Shown here: in pieces, positions 59,860 to 64,000 of the stretch
Numbering within the stretch: position 1 is the first letter of the stretch
Layout of the letters: each line of letters starts with the position of its first letter
Assembly: GCA_905178155.1 (NCBI GenBank)
Contig: CAJINV010000028.1
Location: 1 to 64,000, forward strand
Source: Amoebophrya sp. A120
Lineage: Eukaryota; Protista; Dinoflagellata
Length of the DNA: 64,000 nucleotides
Direction: 5' to 3'
Made by a program: the position numbers and the translations under genes
The notes under the pieces: model-generated
Told to the model about the DNA's origin: nothing
The model's input: only the letters and a program-made list of their open reading frames with translations
The model's database searches: none

Positions 59860-60731
59860 CGCAGGAGGTGTGTTGCGTGCAGATGGTTCGTCCGGGGTGG
59901 CCGGGTTGTGCAGTTGGTGGCGTGCTGCTATGCGCTGGCGAGGTCACGGGACCCACAGCGTGTAGATTGGATGTGACGCTACCGAGGGCACAGCCCCCCC
60001 CATGTTGAACGATGATGGTGATCTGATTCCTACAGTGTTGAAAGAAAGTTTTTCTTGTGTAAGTACGATGCTGCTGTGTGCCTCTGTCGCTTCGCTTTCG
60101 GTTGCTAGTTCTACTGACACACCAACGCTGACTGCGCTATACCTTAAAAGTCTGTCATGAAAGTTGCTTTGTTCGACTACATTTTTCGGTTGCCTTGTGT
60201 ATACGCTGTTTTTTTTGGGAAGCGGGACGCATCGGATAAGTCATGCGAAGGAGCGCCTCCTCTGGTAAGGGCGGCGGGAAAGCCTCCCGCCAATCTTCGT
60301 GAAATCGTCCTCTTCCCTTTAAGTGCAACACAGAATGTGATGATAAATAATTTGCCTCGAAATCCTATGGCACCCGATGCGTGATGCTAGTGCCGTGCTG
60401 TCTTGCTGCTCTGTGTGGGCCAGGAGTGAAGAAGACCCTAAAGCTCCCGCTGGTGCTGGTGCAAAATTTTTGATTTGTTCCTACTAAAAATCCGTTGTCA
60501 CTGTCGTTGAAGCCTGTTGATCGTTTGTTGTCGTATGCCATGCTGTCGTTGCCATCGCAGTCGTGTCACACTTCGCATTATCGTCGTCTAAGTAAGAGAG
60601 ATGATGAGGCTGAGTGATGAGTAGTTGTCCGTGCAAATCGTGAAGTGTCGATGTTTCACTAGTTATGGACATAGTTACTGATGCTACCTGAATCTGTGGT
60701 CTAAAAGTCTTCTACTAGAGTTGAGAAAAGG

Positions 60732-60992
60732 ATGTCGTTTAAAGGCGTCCAAAAGTCTGTGTCCTTGCGAAAGGACTACAGCAGCAACTGCAACGTGAAG
60801 CTGTGGCTGCAGTTCAAGACCGATTTTGGGATCACTGACGGTGCCACCATTACGGTGGATGAGCTGACGGACTTTGCTGAATTCTTGGTTTCCAAGCCCT
60901 ACGCATCCGCTGCGAACTACCTCGGCGCCGCTGTTGGCTACGAGGCAAGCAGGAGCAAGCTGCAGGAATCGGTGCACTTCGAGCGGAGCTGA
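60732..60992 (+). CDS. Truncated recombinase paralogue, second copy
   Basis: Protein identical to 54760-55020. Confidence 0.75.
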   Translation: MSFKGVQKSVSLRKDYSSNCNVKLWLQFKTDFGITDGATITVDELTDFAEFLVSKPYASAANYLGAAVGYEASRSKLQESVHFERS

Positions 60993-61707
60993 GCGGCTTG
61001 TTGTCGCGGAACGAGTGCGAGAAGTTCCTGAACCACGTGCGGCTGTATGACTCCTCGGACTGCATTTGGTGCCTGCAGACGATGTTCCAGGTGTTTTTCA
61101 AGCAGTACTCTGCGACCTGCGACAAGTCTCCGGAGTATTTCATGGCGATGTTCAACAACCAGATGCAGCAGCGGTTGTTGAAAAAGATGAACGCTGGGAC
61201 TTCCACCACCCCCGGTGCCGGTGCTGGCTCGAAGAACCAGAATCGTGGAAACCACGTTTCTGGTTCCAGGGATTTGGTGCCCCGTTCGGATACGGCCAGC
61301 AGGTGCAGGCCCCGACTGCCAGCGCCGCCCAGATGCAGTCCCCGCAGCCGTTTAGCGGTGCCCCGACCGGACCGAAGACCTACCTCTTCTTGCCCAAGGG
61401 CATCTGCCACAAGGAGGTGAAGGTATTACCCCCTCCCCTGTGTTGCTGATGAATGAAAATGTTGATAAAGATGTTTGTAGATGATTATCAGGTGACGCAG
61501 CGATGAGATTCTTTAGTTGACCATGCAGATGTATGATGTTGCTGCTACTTCTTCTTGCTTAAAAGACTGACCTCTGTGACCTAGTGCGATCATCTACCAA
61601 TTACAATCCCAGGATGGCCAGTGCCCGGACCGCCAGAACTGCAAGCACAAGCACAAGGGTGATGACGGGTACCCAGATGCTGAAGTCGCCGCTGCACTGG
61701 CGCGGCG

Positions 61708-61878
61708 ATCTTCGTGAAATCGTCCTCTTCCCTTTAAATGCAAATTCCTCGCTTTTTCCTCCATCCGCAGCCGTCGCTGGTAGGCACGCTCATCCTCGGA
61801 CTGATCACAGTCGGAGGTGTCAGAGACCGCCGGGCCGCCGCGTGGCAGATCGAGATCCCTGCTTGGTGAAGACGACAT
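61708..61878 (-). CDS. Probable original 5' end of the interrupted host gene
   Basis: ATG at 61878; MSSSPSRD...EEKARNLHL-KGRGRFHED reads through the 28-bp site in the same frame as the 3' part at 49549. Confidence 0.6.
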
Positions 61879-62858
61879 GATCTTGTTAGGGGTAAGAAAA
61901 TGATCTTTTACGACCCTTTTTTAAACGGTATTGGAATGGTTTAGGTAACAAGAGCGCGCCTTGAAGAAGAGACGAAATCTTATTATTAAAGTTGATATTT
62001 TCCGAGGTGATCTTCTGCTAGTACCGTAGCATTGGCATTGCAGATCTTCAAAAATGACACTCAAGAACGCTTTTTCTTGACTGCTACTACTGTTGCGGCA
62101 CTGGTTTTTTCAAGAAGAATGGTGTTGCTCGATATCGGGATGATGCTGATGATCTGATTATGATTTCGTAGTGATGGATCCTCAGCGTCAGCGGGGCGTA
62201 AAAGGTGGGTAGGAATTCGAATTGTCAGTCGTGGTTTTTCAACAAGTTCACCCCTGTTGATCGGTGTTCCAAAAGTTGAAATAGCGTCTCCGTCTCAGGA
62301 TAGAAAAAGTGTTCCGAAGATGATATCAGAATGGTTTTCTACGACACACGTACGATCTACACAAATCTGGAAGCGGTCAACGGCAGCATGATGAACATGG
62401 TGCACGTGTTCCAGCTTCTTTCTTATCTGCATGCATCTGTGGTATTGAATAGTGTCGGTTTATTTTGGACGAACACGAAGAGCTTCATCGGGATCCTGTC
62501 AAGCTGCAGACGAAATGGCAACAAGAGCAAAGCTTCATACAACAAGGAGCTGCAATTACAAGAATGATTTCTATCTAGCATGTGCATGATCGTGCAACTG
62601 CGTTGTAGAAGGTATAGTGGATCGATCTGTCTCGTATTTCTTTTGTTGACTTCTACTTCCGTCGCGTGATCTTCTACCAGTATCGTAGCCTGGAACATCT
62701 TGGAGGGCGACCTTCAGAGGCACATGTAGCACAACCACGGATGAAGCAACAATCAACTGACGGATCTCACGTGCAAAAAAACTGCATAACGACATTGCGA
62801 TTGGAGATGATGTCGAAATTCAAGAGCTTGCGTCGAATTCGAAACACGTAAAAGTTGG

Positions 62859-64000
62859 TTAATTTAAATTCAAAAGCTCGTTCACCAAGTCATTCAGGAT
62901 GTGCTTGTGTATGAAACGCAACATGATCTCGCTGACTTTTTCGTTATTCTGCAAACTATCCATCGCGCTGCCTCCTACTCCGGTCAGTTTTACGGTCAAT
63001 TCGACAGGATTCTCGTCCGGCTGCTGCACATCGCTCCTGTCGGTCACTGTGATTCGAGGAGCGTTCGGACCCGTCTCGTTCTCCCCGGTTAACGAATTCT
63101 TGTTGTCGACCCTGCTTGATGTCGCTGCAAAAGATAAGGACTCGACGTTCTCATGTCCACCAGCACCAGCTGCTGGTGACCAGCATCAGCATCGTCCTCT
63201 TTCCTTACCAGCTGCAGCTGTAGTGTGGAGGACACGTCAGCAGCACCAGTGGCAGAGGTAGCAGCATGATCCTCGCCATCAGTAGTTGTACCAGGATCAC
63301 TTTCATCCGTGGTCTCTTGTAGTCCTCCCGGAGGATGCGGTGCGTGTTTATTGAGACTGGTTTGAATCGCCCGGCGGAGCTGCTGATCCGAGCTATAACC
63401 TGGCGTGTCGTTGCCTGCGGTTTCCAAAAATATTCTCGATAGTGACGCCACAACCGGGACATGATCAGATGCTCGTCCTGCTGTAGAAGTCTTCGTGTTC
63501 TTGGTGTGCCCGCTTATGATTTCTGATTCTGGGTCTTCTCGTTCATAGAACATGATTTCGCAGACCGGATAGGAGGAAGGCGCCTTTGTGTTAGCTGGTT
63601 CGCCCGCGCGTTCTCGTGCGCGTCGGTCAGGGACAGACTACGGCTCGCAGCAGCCACCTTTACTGCACTATCCCGTGGCGGAGCCTCCGTTCCTCGCTGA
63701 CACGTCGGCGTCGCGAGGGGTGAATTTTTCTCGGTAGCACCTTCGCCCGATAAGGCCTCCGGGGTCGCGCGCAGGTCGGCTCCAAGTTCGAGGCTAGTAG
63801 CGCTCGCGGCAGTGGCGCTCTATGCTGCAGTATCCCACTCTGCGCCTCTTGCAGCGTCCATACCGAGAGGTGCGTGTTCATCGGTGACGCCCGGTCGCAG
63901 CGCGAACTCACCGACCGTCTCCGCCACCGCCGAGCAAGTCGGAATAGCTGTTTTACTGATTGCAGCAGCTCTGCCGCGGCTACTCCTGCCCGCCGATTCC
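62859..64000 (-). pseudogene. 3' region of a neighbouring gene or pseudogene, paralogous to 43.2-43.6 kb
   Basis: ORF pieces 62859-63047, 63089-63553 and 63660-63911; shared peptide LSVWTLQ.AQS..LQH...PRALLAS. Confidence 0.45.

Larger units (their letters stand above)
49522..61735. mobile_element. Tandem array of eight cassettes bounded by nine exact 28-bp direct-repeat sites; tyrosine-recombinase associated
   Basis: ATCTTCGTGAAATCGTCCTCTTCCCTTT starts at 49522, 50952, 52511, 54321, 55736, 56947, 58485, 60293 and 61708. Cassette order is A-B-C-D-E-F-C'-D'. Confidence 0.9.

Noticed and set aside
49522-61735. CRISPR array interpretation of the 28-bp (and 36-bp) repeats
   Set aside because: Spacers are 0.7-1.8 kb and variable in length, no cas genes are present, and the context is eukaryotic.

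Overview
Eukaryotic, protist-like DNA. The resemblance to the parasitic dinoflagellate Amoebophrya is an inference from the non-canonical introns and one-strand gene blocks. Bases 1-16.2 kb and 29-33.5 kb are mostly satellites and palindromic arrays. The host genes I could model are all on the minus strand. They are interrupted by about 20 short mobile introns (introner-like, three families) with TAT...ATA termini and usually a perfect or near-perfect 5-bp target duplication. In about 10 junctions checked by hand, removing the element plus one duplication restores the frame. The main result is at 49.5-61.7 kb, where an exact 28-bp site (ATCTTCGTGAAATCGTCCTCTTCCCTTT) recurs 9 times and delimits eight 1.2-1.8 kb cassettes. 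Two cassettes encode an intact tyrosine recombinase, two encode a truncated paralogue, and one is a captured copy of the host gene 5' end. The array sits inside a host ORF that is rejoined in frame if the first and last sites recombine, resembling a site-specific, integron-like cassette array in a eukaryote. A smaller array at 17.7-19.3 kb uses a 36-bp site with the same CGTGA-N14-CTTT spacing. All comparisons were made by eye; no searches were run.
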